This document shows, piece by piece, positions 31,507 to 40,524 of a stretch of DNA of 64,000 nucleotides. The stretch lies in the IMG/VR virus record IMGVR_UViG_3300011337_000669, one strand, 5' to 3'. A program made the translations under genes and the position numbers. Position 1 is the stretch's first letter. Each line of letters begins with the position of its first letter. Under the pieces are notes generated by a model. The model was not told the DNA's origin. It ran no database searches and saw only the letters and a program-made list of their open reading frames with translations. The DNA comes from a virus (Duplodnaviria > Caudoviricetes).

Positions 31507-32098
31507 TAAGTGTAAAATTGAGAAGGAGGTTTGTGAATTTTATAAAAAAAATAAAAACTCAAACTTATATAGGGGACAATGTAAAAAATGTACGGACATA
31601 ACTTCATCTGTATATAAGAAAAACAATGCCGAAATTATATCTGAAAAATCTAAAAAATTCAGGAAGGAAAACCCTGAAATTAACAAAGAGAAATGTAGAA
31701 TTTATAGGGAAAAAAATCCTAAATCATTCAAAAAGTGGTTAGAAAAAAATAAAGAACATAGAAGAATCTATATAAATAATTATAACCAAAATCCTAAAAA
31801 TAAAATTAAAAATTCTTTGAGGTCAAGAATAAATGAACTGATGAACAAAAAATATGACAACCCAAGAACCATTAATTTGGTCGGTTGTGATTATGATTTT
31901 TTGATAAAATATATTGAGAGCAAGTTCACTGAAAACATGTCTTGGGATAATTACGGATATTATGGTTGGCATTTAGACCACATTATACCTTTATCATCGG
32001 CAAACACTAAAAAGGAAATTTATGATTTATATCATTACACCAATCTTCAACCATTATGGGGGACAGAGAATATGAAAAAAGGGTGTAAAATTGTTTAA
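31487..32098 (+). mobile_element. HNH homing endonuclease, copy 3
   Basis: MEKKICSKC...CKKC; WHLDHIIPLSS...HYTNLQPLWGTENMKKG. Confidence 0.85.
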
Positions 32099-33771
32099 GA
32101 TTCCTTCCTTAAATCACGGGAATAGTGGTCAAAACGGTCATGTTCGGTTGGAGTTAACAATAACAATCCAGGATTCAATTCTCCTTTTTTCAACAGCTGA
32201 TACATATGACTCATCCAGGTTTGTTCGAAAACATGGGCCCAAGTAGTATCTAAAAACATTTTTTGATTACCTGGTCTACTGACAATCTGAGGCCAGTTTG
32301 AGTAATAAATTTCACCTTTAGCATAAGGAACCCCCTTATGTGATAAGACAGCATTAAATTGTGTTTTAGGCGCATTTGGGTCTAAACCAATTTCAGGTAA
32401 TCTTGGTTTATCTGGCCAAAATTCTGTCCTAACATGTTGTGGAACGTTATACCATGACCACTGAGTACCATTATCACCATAAAACTCAGAATAGTTGAGT
32501 TTCAAGAAGTCGAAGTTTTCTTTTTTGATAATTTCTAATGACTTACTATATAAGTTTGGAACATATCGGTTGAATCCATTTCTACAAACTTTACCTTCGT
32601 TTGGATAAAAAAACATGTCATCTTCGAAGAACAAATAATAATCCAAATTTGTTTCATTTTGGAAGTGTTCGGCAATCCATTGCCTTCCCCCGCATATTCC
32701 TAAGTTATCTTTCTTAATATGTTCGAATCCGAATTCTTCACAAATTAGTGAATATTCCTCAGTAGTTGATAAATCACTCGAGTTGTCTAACAAAAATTTA
32801 GTTGTCTTGTTAAGATAATCTTTGTCGTATGCCAACATGGAGTCAATCAAAGTTCTAAATTGTTTCGGACTATTGAACGTGATTACGTAGAGACCTACTT
32901 TGTTGGTGTCCAAGTTATTTACAACTTGTACAGAACTTTCGTTTTTAACCTTGAGGTCATCATTTTTCAAGTCCTCAAAAAATTTACCAAATAATCCATT
33001 CCCTTCGATTTCAAAATAATTGAATAGGTCTGAATGTTTATAGCACATGATGCTGAATATTGATTCTTCAGTACCCATGTATCCTTCTTCTAAAGTGCTT
33101 TTTAACAATCCATAATAAATTCCATTAACATCACCAATTGTGTGTTTAGGACCTCCAAAAAAACCACCTCTTGCAACTTTGGTTACTTTATTACCGGCGA
33201 TGGAATTTAACTTGTTATATTCAAATCCATGAATTTCTCTTTCAGCATCATAAGGAAAACTAACAAATGAAAATTTGGAAATATATTTAGATAAGTTGTT
33301 CAAAACTTTATCGTGAGTAAAATAACCTGGATGTACTGTATTAGTTAATCCACCATCAATCCAAAACATATATTCCGAATTGAATTGGTCCATGATTTTG
33401 GCATCGTGTAATAAAAACATTTTTGACATGACCAAAGGATTGTAGTTTTCCAAACGACTTTGCGTAGATTCCTTTAACCACCCCGCCAAATTATGCCATT
33501 CGGGATTTGTTCTAATTTTTTGAATTAACGGAAAAAATTCAGAGTTGGTAAACCAACTAAGTGGTCGGGTAACGAATTGAGTATTTTCAGTGTTTCTTCT
33601 TTTAAAAACAAATTCTTTTAGTTCTTCATCTCCAAAGATGATTAAGTTTTCCTCTACTTCTAATAGTTTTTCAAACTTGTCTAAATAATGTTGATAAGGC
33701 CTTGACCATCCTTCTGTTAATTCTCCACGACCGATATCCCAAATACCTGTTACTAATGTTATATTACTCAT
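32095..33771 (-). CDS. WlaTC/HtrL-like glycosyltransferase fused to a GT-A-type domain
   Basis: TLVTGIWDIGRG...YNPLVMSKMFLL...YMFWIDGGL...MGTEESIF; C-terminal half has YYLFFEDDM. Confidence 0.7.
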   Translation of the reverse strand: MSNITLVTGIWDIGRGELTEGWSRPYQHYLDKFEKLLEVEENLIIFGDEELKEFVFKRRNTENTQFVTRPLSWFTNSEFFPLIQKIRTNPEWHNLAGWLKESTQSRLENYNPLVMSKMFLLHDAKIMDQFNSEYMFWIDGGLTNTVHPGYFTHDKVLNNLSKYISKFSFVSFPYDAEREIHGFEYNKLNSIAGNKVTKVARGGFFGGPKHTIGDVNGIYYGLLKSTLEEGYMGTEESIFSIMCYKHSDLFNYFEIEGNGLFGKFFEDLKNDDLKVKNESSVQVVNNLDTNKVGLYVITFNSPKQFRTLIDSMLAYDKDYLNKTTKFLLDNSSDLSTTEEYSLICEEFGFEHIKKDNLGICGGRQWIAEHFQNETNLDYYLFFEDDMFFYPNEGKVCRNGFNRYVPNLYSKSLEIIKKENFDFLKLNYSEFYGDNGTQWSWYNVPQHVRTEFWPDKPRLPEIGLDPNAPKTQFNAVLSHKGVPYAKGEIYYSNWPQIVSRPGNQKMFLDTTWAHVFEQTWMSHMYQLLKKGELNPGLLLLTPTEHDRFDHYSRDLRKES

Positions 33772-34645
33772 AAATTCTATTTAATTCTTCTAATATTTTA
33801 TAAAAACTTTTATTTTGTTCAAACATTTCATCTGATACACCTTGTGGAGAATTACCTTTGAACCACCATATATCAAAATCTTTTCTTTCGAATAATTCTC
33901 TATGGTTTACGTTCATTAAACTCATAATAATTTCTTCATGTAAAATTGATTTATCCTCACTTATAATCTTTTGAAGATAATCTTCAAATATATTTACAAC
34001 TTCATCCCACCTGTCTCTATGACCTCCGAACAGTCCTCCGATAATATGAATATTTCTATCATATTCTTTATACCATTTAGGGTCAACAGTTCCAGACCAA
34101 TAATTCCTATCATTTTCTTTACCAATAAGGAAAAATTTATCTCCTGTATCTTCAATTAGATTATGTAAAAAATCATTATTAAATAAATTACTTTCATAAT
34201 AACATCTCATTGCACCAACCGCAGTTAAGTATTTATCAGGAATTAAACCACAATGAGATAATCCTGCATCAATCCAATAATAATAATCATAACTCTTATC
34301 TTCTTTCCACCACCAATGAAATTTACTGTATTGTATTTCAACACATCTATCAGATTTTTTTGAATCATCAATATTTTTATATTGATTAATTAATTCTTTA
34401 AACTTGGTATTTGAGATATCAAATACTTCAAATACTAATTTATCTGAAGATATGTTATGTTGGGTATAAAAAAAATCTTTTAAATCTTCAATTTCTCTAT
34501 CTGAAGTATAACATAAAAAATCCGCGTCACTCATTTTTAATAATGATAATAAACTAAATTTGTAATGACCTCCCCTACTTGGTCTTCCTCCAAATTCGGT
34601 TCCATGTAAATCACTGTAAATCGATGTTATAAATTTAATTTTCAT
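33764..34645 (-). CDS. WlaTC/HtrL-like glycosyltransferase
   Basis: FITSIY...YSKFHW...YYYWIDAGLSHCG...IIGGLFGG...HEEIIM; start 34645 gives ATGA coupling. Confidence 0.65.
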   Translation of the reverse strand: MKIKFITSIYSDLHGTEFGGRPSRGGHYKFSLLSLLKMSDADFLCYTSDREIEDLKDFFYTQHNISSDKLVFEVFDISNTKFKELINQYKNIDDSKKSDRCVEIQYSKFHWWWKEDKSYDYYYWIDAGLSHCGLIPDKYLTAVGAMRCYYESNLFNNDFLHNLIEDTGDKFFLIGKENDRNYWSGTVDPKWYKEYDRNIHIIGGLFGGHRDRWDEVVNIFEDYLQKIISEDKSILHEEIIMSLMNVNHRELFERKDFDIWWFKGNSPQGVSDEMFEQNKSFYKILEELNRIYE

Positions 34646-35367
34646 ATATTTTCTATAAATCTTTGTGAATAATTTATATTCCCCCAATCCGAAAAATGTG
34701 GTAAATGAAATGGGGCAAAATTATTTGTTGGTTTAATTTTATGTGGAATTTCTGAATAGTAAATTCTACCCATCATATCTCCGTCCTCAGCACCCCACCC
34801 AACATACTTTTCATCAAACCCACCCAAAGATGTTAATAGATTAGTATCGGAAATATAAACTCCGCCTAATCCACCAGTATGATGTCTTAATGGTCCATTT
34901 TCTTTAGGTCCTGAATAAGCATAAGACCAATCGGAATTTTCGATAATAAATTTATCATCAACAATATAATCGGATACATTACTATCTAATTTTGCTAAAT
35001 CAAATGTACAAACATCTCCTTTATCTAAAGATTTAATTAATTCTAAAAGTTTTTCATAATCTTGTTCGTGGAAGAAAGCGTCGCAATCAATTACCATAAA
35101 AAAATCATAATCTTGTTTATCTTTTAGAATTATGTTAGTCTTTTCTGATTTTTTATATACTCCTAAAGGATATGAGATGTGAATTGAGTCGGAAATTATT
35201 TTTTTGGGAGAAAAGTCATATAAAGATGCTTCAGCGGTAATACCGTTGTTATTAAGATAACTTGATAATTTTTTTAATTCTCTCCAAGAAAAATTAACAT
35301 TTCTTATTCTTGTTGAATCAGGTTGCCCGTCATCCCAAAATTTCATATTTAAGGAAATACTATTCAT
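34642..35367 (-). CDS. GT2/GT7C-like (galactosyltransferase C-terminal type) glycosyltransferase
   Basis: IDCD DxD motif; GGFDEKYVGWGAEDGDMMGRI. Confidence 0.75.
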   Translation of the reverse strand: MNSISLNMKFWDDGQPDSTRIRNVNFSWRELKKLSSYLNNNGITAEASLYDFSPKKIISDSIHISYPLGVYKKSEKTNIILKDKQDYDFFMVIDCDAFFHEQDYEKLLELIKSLDKGDVCTFDLAKLDSNVSDYIVDDKFIIENSDWSYAYSGPKENGPLRHHTGGLGGVYISDTNLLTSLGGFDEKYVGWGAEDGDMMGRIYYSEIPHKIKPTNNFAPFHLPHFSDWGNINYSQRFIENI

Positions 35368-36295
35368 TTACTAATAATTTAATTCTTTCCCAAACATTAT
35401 ATGTTGGGTTTATAAAAAAATCTTGTTTTAACATTTTAATGTTTTCAACATATTGGGAATATAAGTCTGATTCATTACTAACAATTGATTTAATTTTATC
35501 AATCATTTCTTCCATACTCATGTTGTTAAGTGAGATATAACATCCATCAGGTATTAATTCTGATATGTTTGAACATCCTAAATAAATTGGTACGGTTTCA
35601 GTTAAAATAACATCCCAAAATTTTTCGCTAATATAATTTTTTTGAATTGTGTTTTCGCAGGCAATTGAAAATTTGTATTCATCAAGTCCAACATGTTTAT
35701 TCCACACTTCTCCTTTAATATTTTTACCATTATTTTCCCAATAAGTTCCGTAGATGTCAATTCTTTCATCTGTGGATAAATTAATTCCTAAGTTTGTTCT
35801 TTCTTCGTAATTTATTTTATTAGTATTTGGGTTCTGTAAATGATTGTAGTGACTGTAAGTGTCTTTTCTAACTATGATAGAAATTGGTTTATTCTTTGAA
35901 TAGGTTTTATTTTTTAAATTTAAAGACCAATCCCATTCTTCTCTACTGTCATTTTCTCCTCGTCCAGCATAAAACATAGGTAATAATGTTTCAATATATT
36001 CTTCTCTATCAGGATATTCTAATTTATCGGATATTAATATTTTTGAACAATAATCATGTATCCCATCTTTTGGTTGATTTGGGGACCATAAAGGTTCTTG
36101 TGAGATATAAAAAGTTCTTTCTTTTGGTGTCTCAATTTTATCCCAATCGGTTCTACCAAAAACTATTGTATAGTCTGGATTTTCTGTAACAAATGAATAT
36201 TGATTTAAATCATCATTTGTTACAAATTGTTTTATCATTCTTGCATTTATTGAAGGTGTATTTGTCCACCAACATTCTAATTTTATTTTAATCAT
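35360..36295 (-). CDS. GT10 alpha-1,3-fucosyltransferase-like protein
   Basis: YKFSIACENTIQKNYISEKFWD...VPIYLGCSNI. Confidence 0.8.
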   Translation of the reverse strand: MIKIKLECWWTNTPSINARMIKQFVTNDDLNQYSFVTENPDYTIVFGRTDWDKIETPKERTFYISQEPLWSPNQPKDGIHDYCSKILISDKLEYPDREEYIETLLPMFYAGRGENDSREEWDWSLNLKNKTYSKNKPISIIVRKDTYSHYNHLQNPNTNKINYEERTNLGINLSTDERIDIYGTYWENNGKNIKGEVWNKHVGLDEYKFSIACENTIQKNYISEKFWDVILTETVPIYLGCSNISELIPDGCYISLNNMSMEEMIDKIKSIVSNESDLYSQYVENIKMLKQDFFINPTYNVWERIKLLVNE

Positions 36296-36312
36296 AATTT
36301 ACTTTATTTTAA

Positions 36313-36912
36313 TTATATAATGTCTAAAGATAAACTATTATATCTAACAAATTTATCAGGACAGTATTTAAAAATATGTTCGTCTTTTAATTGTTTAATA
36401 TCTAATGCGTAATGCCCGTCAGCGTTTCTATAACTGATGTTATGTATATATGTTTTTTTTAACATACGGTATCTAATAATAAAGGACCCAATGTCAAAAA
36501 GACCTAAATTTAATCTATGTTCACCATCACCATACAATCTAATTTTTTCCGTTAAACCTGCTTTTTGTGAAAATAAAACTAAATCAACATCAGAATCCTT
36601 TTCTTCATTATAAGTTGAGATTAAATCCCAAGTAACAACATTATCGTCGTCTAAAAAATAACACCAATCATTATCATCTACTAGTATATTAGTAATAAAA
36701 TAATTCCTTTGTTCATGACCCCAAATATGTAAAGTATCTATCTTATAAAATTTAACTCTATCATCTTCTTTTAAAAAACTAAAATCATCTTCTCCAATGG
36801 TATTGCTGCCCTCAATTAAATGCCAATTAAAATCATCGACTTGATGTTTAATTGTTGAGTATATTGCCTTTAAATTATTATATCGATAAAGAGGAGTGAT
36901 AAAATGTATCAT
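36313..36912 (-). CDS. GT-A glycosyltransferase resembling GT43 beta-1,3-glucuronyltransferases
   Basis: IHFITPLYR...WHLIEG...QRNYFI...CYFLDDDN. Confidence 0.55.
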   Translation of the reverse strand: MIHFITPLYRYNNLKAIYSTIKHQVDDFNWHLIEGSNTIGEDDFSFLKEDDRVKFYKIDTLHIWGHEQRNYFITNILVDDNDWCYFLDDDNVVTWDLISTYNEEKDSDVDLVLFSQKAGLTEKIRLYGDGEHRLNLGLFDIGSFIIRYRMLKKTYIHNISYRNADGHYALDIKQLKDEHIFKYCPDKFVRYNSLSLDII

Positions 36913-37763
36913 ATTATGTAATTTTTGAAAATTAAAGACATTTCATTGTCCGAATCATTCTTCATTTTTTTTAAAGTTAAATTTAAATCAGTTAAATATT
37001 TTTGTCTAAAAAAATCGTAATTCTCTAAAATGTTATTTATGGTTTCAACCATCTTATCATACGGAGACCATATGATATGTTCATGATATGGAATATGTTC
37101 TTTATATGGAGATTCTTCACTAATAACTAATATTCCTGTCATTAATGCCGGTAAAACTCTTAATTCTTCTAAAGTACAATATTTGTCTGTTTGGTGTATA
37201 TTAACTAATACTTTATACTCATCCATGACACTTTTAATAATATCCTTAGAATACATAACACTACCTCCACACACATTATGAAAATAGTCCATATCAACTT
37301 TTTGATGGATGTTACGTCTTCTTGAACTTGAACTATGGATTGTTAAACAATTTTTAACCCTATTACCAATGTTATCTATATTGGTAATATCATATATTAA
37401 CGGGGGATAATATCGAAAAACATCAAAATTTTTTTTAAAGTGTTCTGATGTTTTTATATTGTTAATATTTGCGTTTGAGTATTCAAAAACCGATTGTAAT
37501 TTAATTAATTCTTCAAATCTATATACCTCACAAGAATAAATACCATTCCCATTATTAGTAATTGTGTGTTCATATTGAAAATCTAAATTAATATCTTTTA
37601 ATATATTATCACATCCAAAATTAATTGAATATGGAATATTATTTTTAGTTAAAAATAAAATTATAGTATTAAGAATATATTGATAATATTCGTTTAAATT
37701 TGAATTATCATATTTAGTTTCATAAAATAATTCACTGTTATTAACTATTTTACTTTTAATCAT
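36909..37763 (-). CDS. GT-B-type glycosyltransferase (CgeB-like)
   Basis: KVLVNIHQ...LEELRVLPALMTGILVISE. Confidence 0.6.
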   Translation of the reverse strand: MIKSKIVNNSELFYETKYDNSNLNEYYQYILNTIILFLTKNNIPYSINFGCDNILKDINLDFQYEHTITNNGNGIYSCEVYRFEELIKLQSVFEYSNANINNIKTSEHFKKNFDVFRYYPPLIYDITNIDNIGNRVKNCLTIHSSSSRRRNIHQKVDMDYFHNVCGGSVMYSKDIIKSVMDEYKVLVNIHQTDKYCTLEELRVLPALMTGILVISEESPYKEHIPYHEHIIWSPYDKMVETINNILENYDFFRQKYLTDLNLTLKKMKNDSDNEMSLIFKNYII

Positions 37764-38506
37764 AAATTTTCTTTATTATCCATAAAAAATTTTTCGTAAG
37801 GATATAATTGAACATCCTCCAATAATTGATCACATTCTATTTCTTCAGGAAAATAATATATATCCCCATTACATTTATACTTTTGGTTGAAAATATAATC
37901 CCTGTTAAAGAAAGAATATTTACCTATACCACTTTTTATATGTTCATGTCTTATATCTGAAATAATATTTTCAATCCCTCCGGAGTTTAATCTAAAAACT
38001 TTTTTTCCTTTTTGTTTATTTAACCGATACATAATATCCCCATCTTCTTCTCCAAACCCAATTAATCGTTCATCAAAATATCCTAACTCATCAATAAATT
38101 TTTTATTAGCAACAAAAAATGAGAATGTATTGTTAATAGTACTTAATCCAAAATATTCGGGGTTTTTAATGTGGTTAGAGACAATTTCAAACATCTCATC
38201 AGAAGTAACATTGATGTCATCATTTAATATCAATAAATCTTCTTTAGTTGAGTGTATTAATAATGTGTTCCACATTTTAGATAGTCCTCTAGTCTCAACA
38301 AAAAATATTGGAAATACATTTTTATAGTTAAGGCATAATGACAACATTTTTTGTCTGTATTCTTCAGAAAAGTTTGAATCCTTTTCTCCGTTAATACATA
38401 TTAAAATATTGTTATCAACACCTAAAGTTCTAATACTTTTCACTAATGATTCCACAAAATCATATCGTAATGAAAAAGTTGTAATGCCAATATCAAAATT
38501 ATTCAT
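37760..38506 (-). CDS. GT2-family glycosyltransferase
   Basis: LILNDD; LGYFDERLIGFGEEDGD. Confidence 0.75.
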   Translation of the reverse strand: MNNFDIGITTFSLRYDFVESLVKSIRTLGVDNNILICINGEKDSNFSEEYRQKMLSLCLNYKNVFPIFFVETRGLSKMWNTLLIHSTKEDLLILNDDINVTSDEMFEIVSNHIKNPEYFGLSTINNTFSFFVANKKFIDELGYFDERLIGFGEEDGDIMYRLNKQKGKKVFRLNSGGIENIISDIRHEHIKSGIGKYSFFNRDYIFNQKYKCNGDIYYFPEEIECDQLLEDVQLYPYEKFFMDNKENL

Positions 38507-38507
38507 A

Positions 38508-39896
38508 TTATAAATTATTTTTAATTTTTTGATTTATTTGAATTTTAAACTCTTTATACCAATTAAAAACATTAGTATGTAATTTTACATAATCTTCTTC
38601 GTTCATTTTATAATAATTAGTAATTTCATCCCAAGAATTAACTACAGGTAATGGAGAATTTCCCCAAACTTTAGTAAAATATTCTAAGTTATTATAATTT
38701 TTTAAAATTGGTATTGACCCTGATTCTAAACTCTCCATCAATCTAAATGAGTCAGGATGAACCCATCCCATAGGACATGGAACAAATTTTGTTTTATTGT
38801 AAATTGAAATACATTCATCTTGTGTTAAAGATGTTGAACAATTCCAAGAATTTGTTTTATGTATAAAAGTATTTTCCATATTTTCCATTACAGATAGTAA
38901 CTCTTGTCTATCTGATTTTGGTTGTCCAATAAAGGCAAATTCATATTCTTTTGTCTCTAAATAATTTTCATTTTTGTTAACAAACCCTGTTTTTACTCCT
39001 AAAGGAATAAATGTAACATTTTCATGATTAATATTTGAGTCATAATAATTTCTAAATACATGTTTAGCTTTTGAGTAATAATCACAGTTATGACTTAAGT
39101 TCTCATTAGAGAAATGTAATAAATAAAAAGTATAACCGAGTTCGACAAATTTATTTAAATAGTTATTAAAATCATCAGATATGTTATTTGAATTATTGGA
39201 ATAAATTATTACAGAATTATCTAATACTGTTGATAGTTGACCATCGTCAAATATTTTGTTGTGTTCAATATTTTTAAATAAAACTTCTGTGGTATATTCA
39301 AATTCAAAAGTCGTTTGGTCTCCATTAAATGTTTGCCAAATTAAGTTAAGAGGTTTTGTTTGCTTTCTATGAATTAAAAGTTTATTGTTATTATGTAATT
39401 CAAAAGGAATGTTTTTTTCTTTAAACCATTCTATAGTATTTACACAATCATATGCGTGTAAATCCTCAATAATGTATAAACCATTTTCTTTTAACTGAGG
39501 ATATAATGCCTCAAAACTTTTAATATGGTGAAAATGAGTATGAAGTCCATCATCAATGACGATATCATAATCACCTCCATATTCGACAACACATTTGTTT
39601 AAATCCTCAGTTACACTTTGATCGCCAATGAATATTCGAACATTTCCTTTTTCATAATTTTTACAATCTTGGTTTATATCAAAACCAATAAAATCTATGT
39701 TTGAAAAAAACTCAGTCCACATTTGTATTGAAGCTCCAGGAAATCTTGGGTCGGCAATACCTATTTCTAACATTTTAATTTTTTCGTCTTTTAATGGATA
39801 AAATAATTTTTGATATGTTTCGGTATAAGAGTGATATTCAAAATGTTGAGTACCTTTATCAGTACCAAGTCTATTTGCTATTTCTGTTAGTGTCAT
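38508..39896 (-). CDS. SAM-dependent sugar O-methyltransferase fused to an exostosin (GT47)-like domain
   Basis: GTDKG...MLEIGI...GFDI...GDQ...VIDDGLH...GLYIIEDL; C-terminal FVPCPMGWVHPDSFRLMESLESGSIPI. Confidence 0.7.
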   Translation of the reverse strand: MTLTEIANRLGTDKGTQHFEYHSYTETYQKLFYPLKDEKIKMLEIGIADPRFPGASIQMWTEFFSNIDFIGFDINQDCKNYEKGNVRIFIGDQSVTEDLNKCVVEYGGDYDIVIDDGLHTHFHHIKSFEALYPQLKENGLYIIEDLHAYDCVNTIEWFKEKNIPFELHNNNKLLIHRKQTKPLNLIWQTFNGDQTTFEFEYTTEVLFKNIEHNKIFDDGQLSTVLDNSVIIYSNNSNNISDDFNNYLNKFVELGYTFYLLHFSNENLSHNCDYYSKAKHVFRNYYDSNINHENVTFIPLGVKTGFVNKNENYLETKEYEFAFIGQPKSDRQELLSVMENMENTFIHKTNSWNCSTSLTQDECISIYNKTKFVPCPMGWVHPDSFRLMESLESGSIPILKNYNNLEYFTKVWGNSPLPVVNSWDEITNYYKMNEEDYVKLHTNVFNWYKEFKIQINQKIKNNL

Positions 39897-39907
39897 AGAT
39901 TAATGAG

Positions 39908-40513
39908 TTACTTCTTTTTTATTATTGATGTAACACTTTGATTATACTCTGGAGTTTTAGACCATATTCTAATATCGGAGACATTATTTTTTATGTATTC
40001 CTTTTCATCATCTAAGATATGATTGGACGCAATGTTGTTAGTAAATTTAAATGATTGTAACATATCTAAAGTAGTTATTAAATCATCAGGAAAAATAGTT
40101 CCAAAATTTTCTAATCTTGATGTATGTAAGTCTTCTAAAATATAAATTCCACCTTTCTTTAATCTTTTAAATAATATTCCAAACGATACTTGTTGTTGTT
40201 TCATTGTGTGACCACCATCATCAATAATTATGTCAAACTCAACATCAACTTCTTTTAAAAAACCATCTAAAGAGTTTCTATCTTCTTGATTAACAATGTA
40301 TGTTTTAACTCTTTCTTCATCATATTGAGTTTTATCTTCAATGTCAATTCCGTAAATGTTACCATCTTTAAATTTATCTGATAGGTATTTAAGACTTCCA
40401 CCATAATATACTCCAATCTCTAATATATGTTTACTATTACTTAAATCATTAAAATATGGTTCGTAAACATCTATGAATCCATGTTCGTATTTATCCGTAT
40501 TATATTTTTTCAT
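39908..40513 (-). CDS. SAM-dependent sugar O-methyltransferase (MycE-like)
   Basis: TDK..HGF...ILEIGVYYGGSL...GIDI...IIDDGGH...GGIYILEDL. Confidence 0.8.
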   Translation of the reverse strand: MKKYNTDKYEHGFIDVYEPYFNDLSNSKHILEIGVYYGGSLKYLSDKFKDGNIYGIDIEDKTQYDEERVKTYIVNQEDRNSLDGFLKEVDVEFDIIIDDGGHTMKQQQVSFGILFKRLKKGGIYILEDLHTSRLENFGTIFPDDLITTLDMLQSFKFTNNIASNHILDDEKEYIKNNVSDIRIWSKTPEYNQSVTSIIKKK

Positions 40514-40524
40514 ATATTTTTTTT

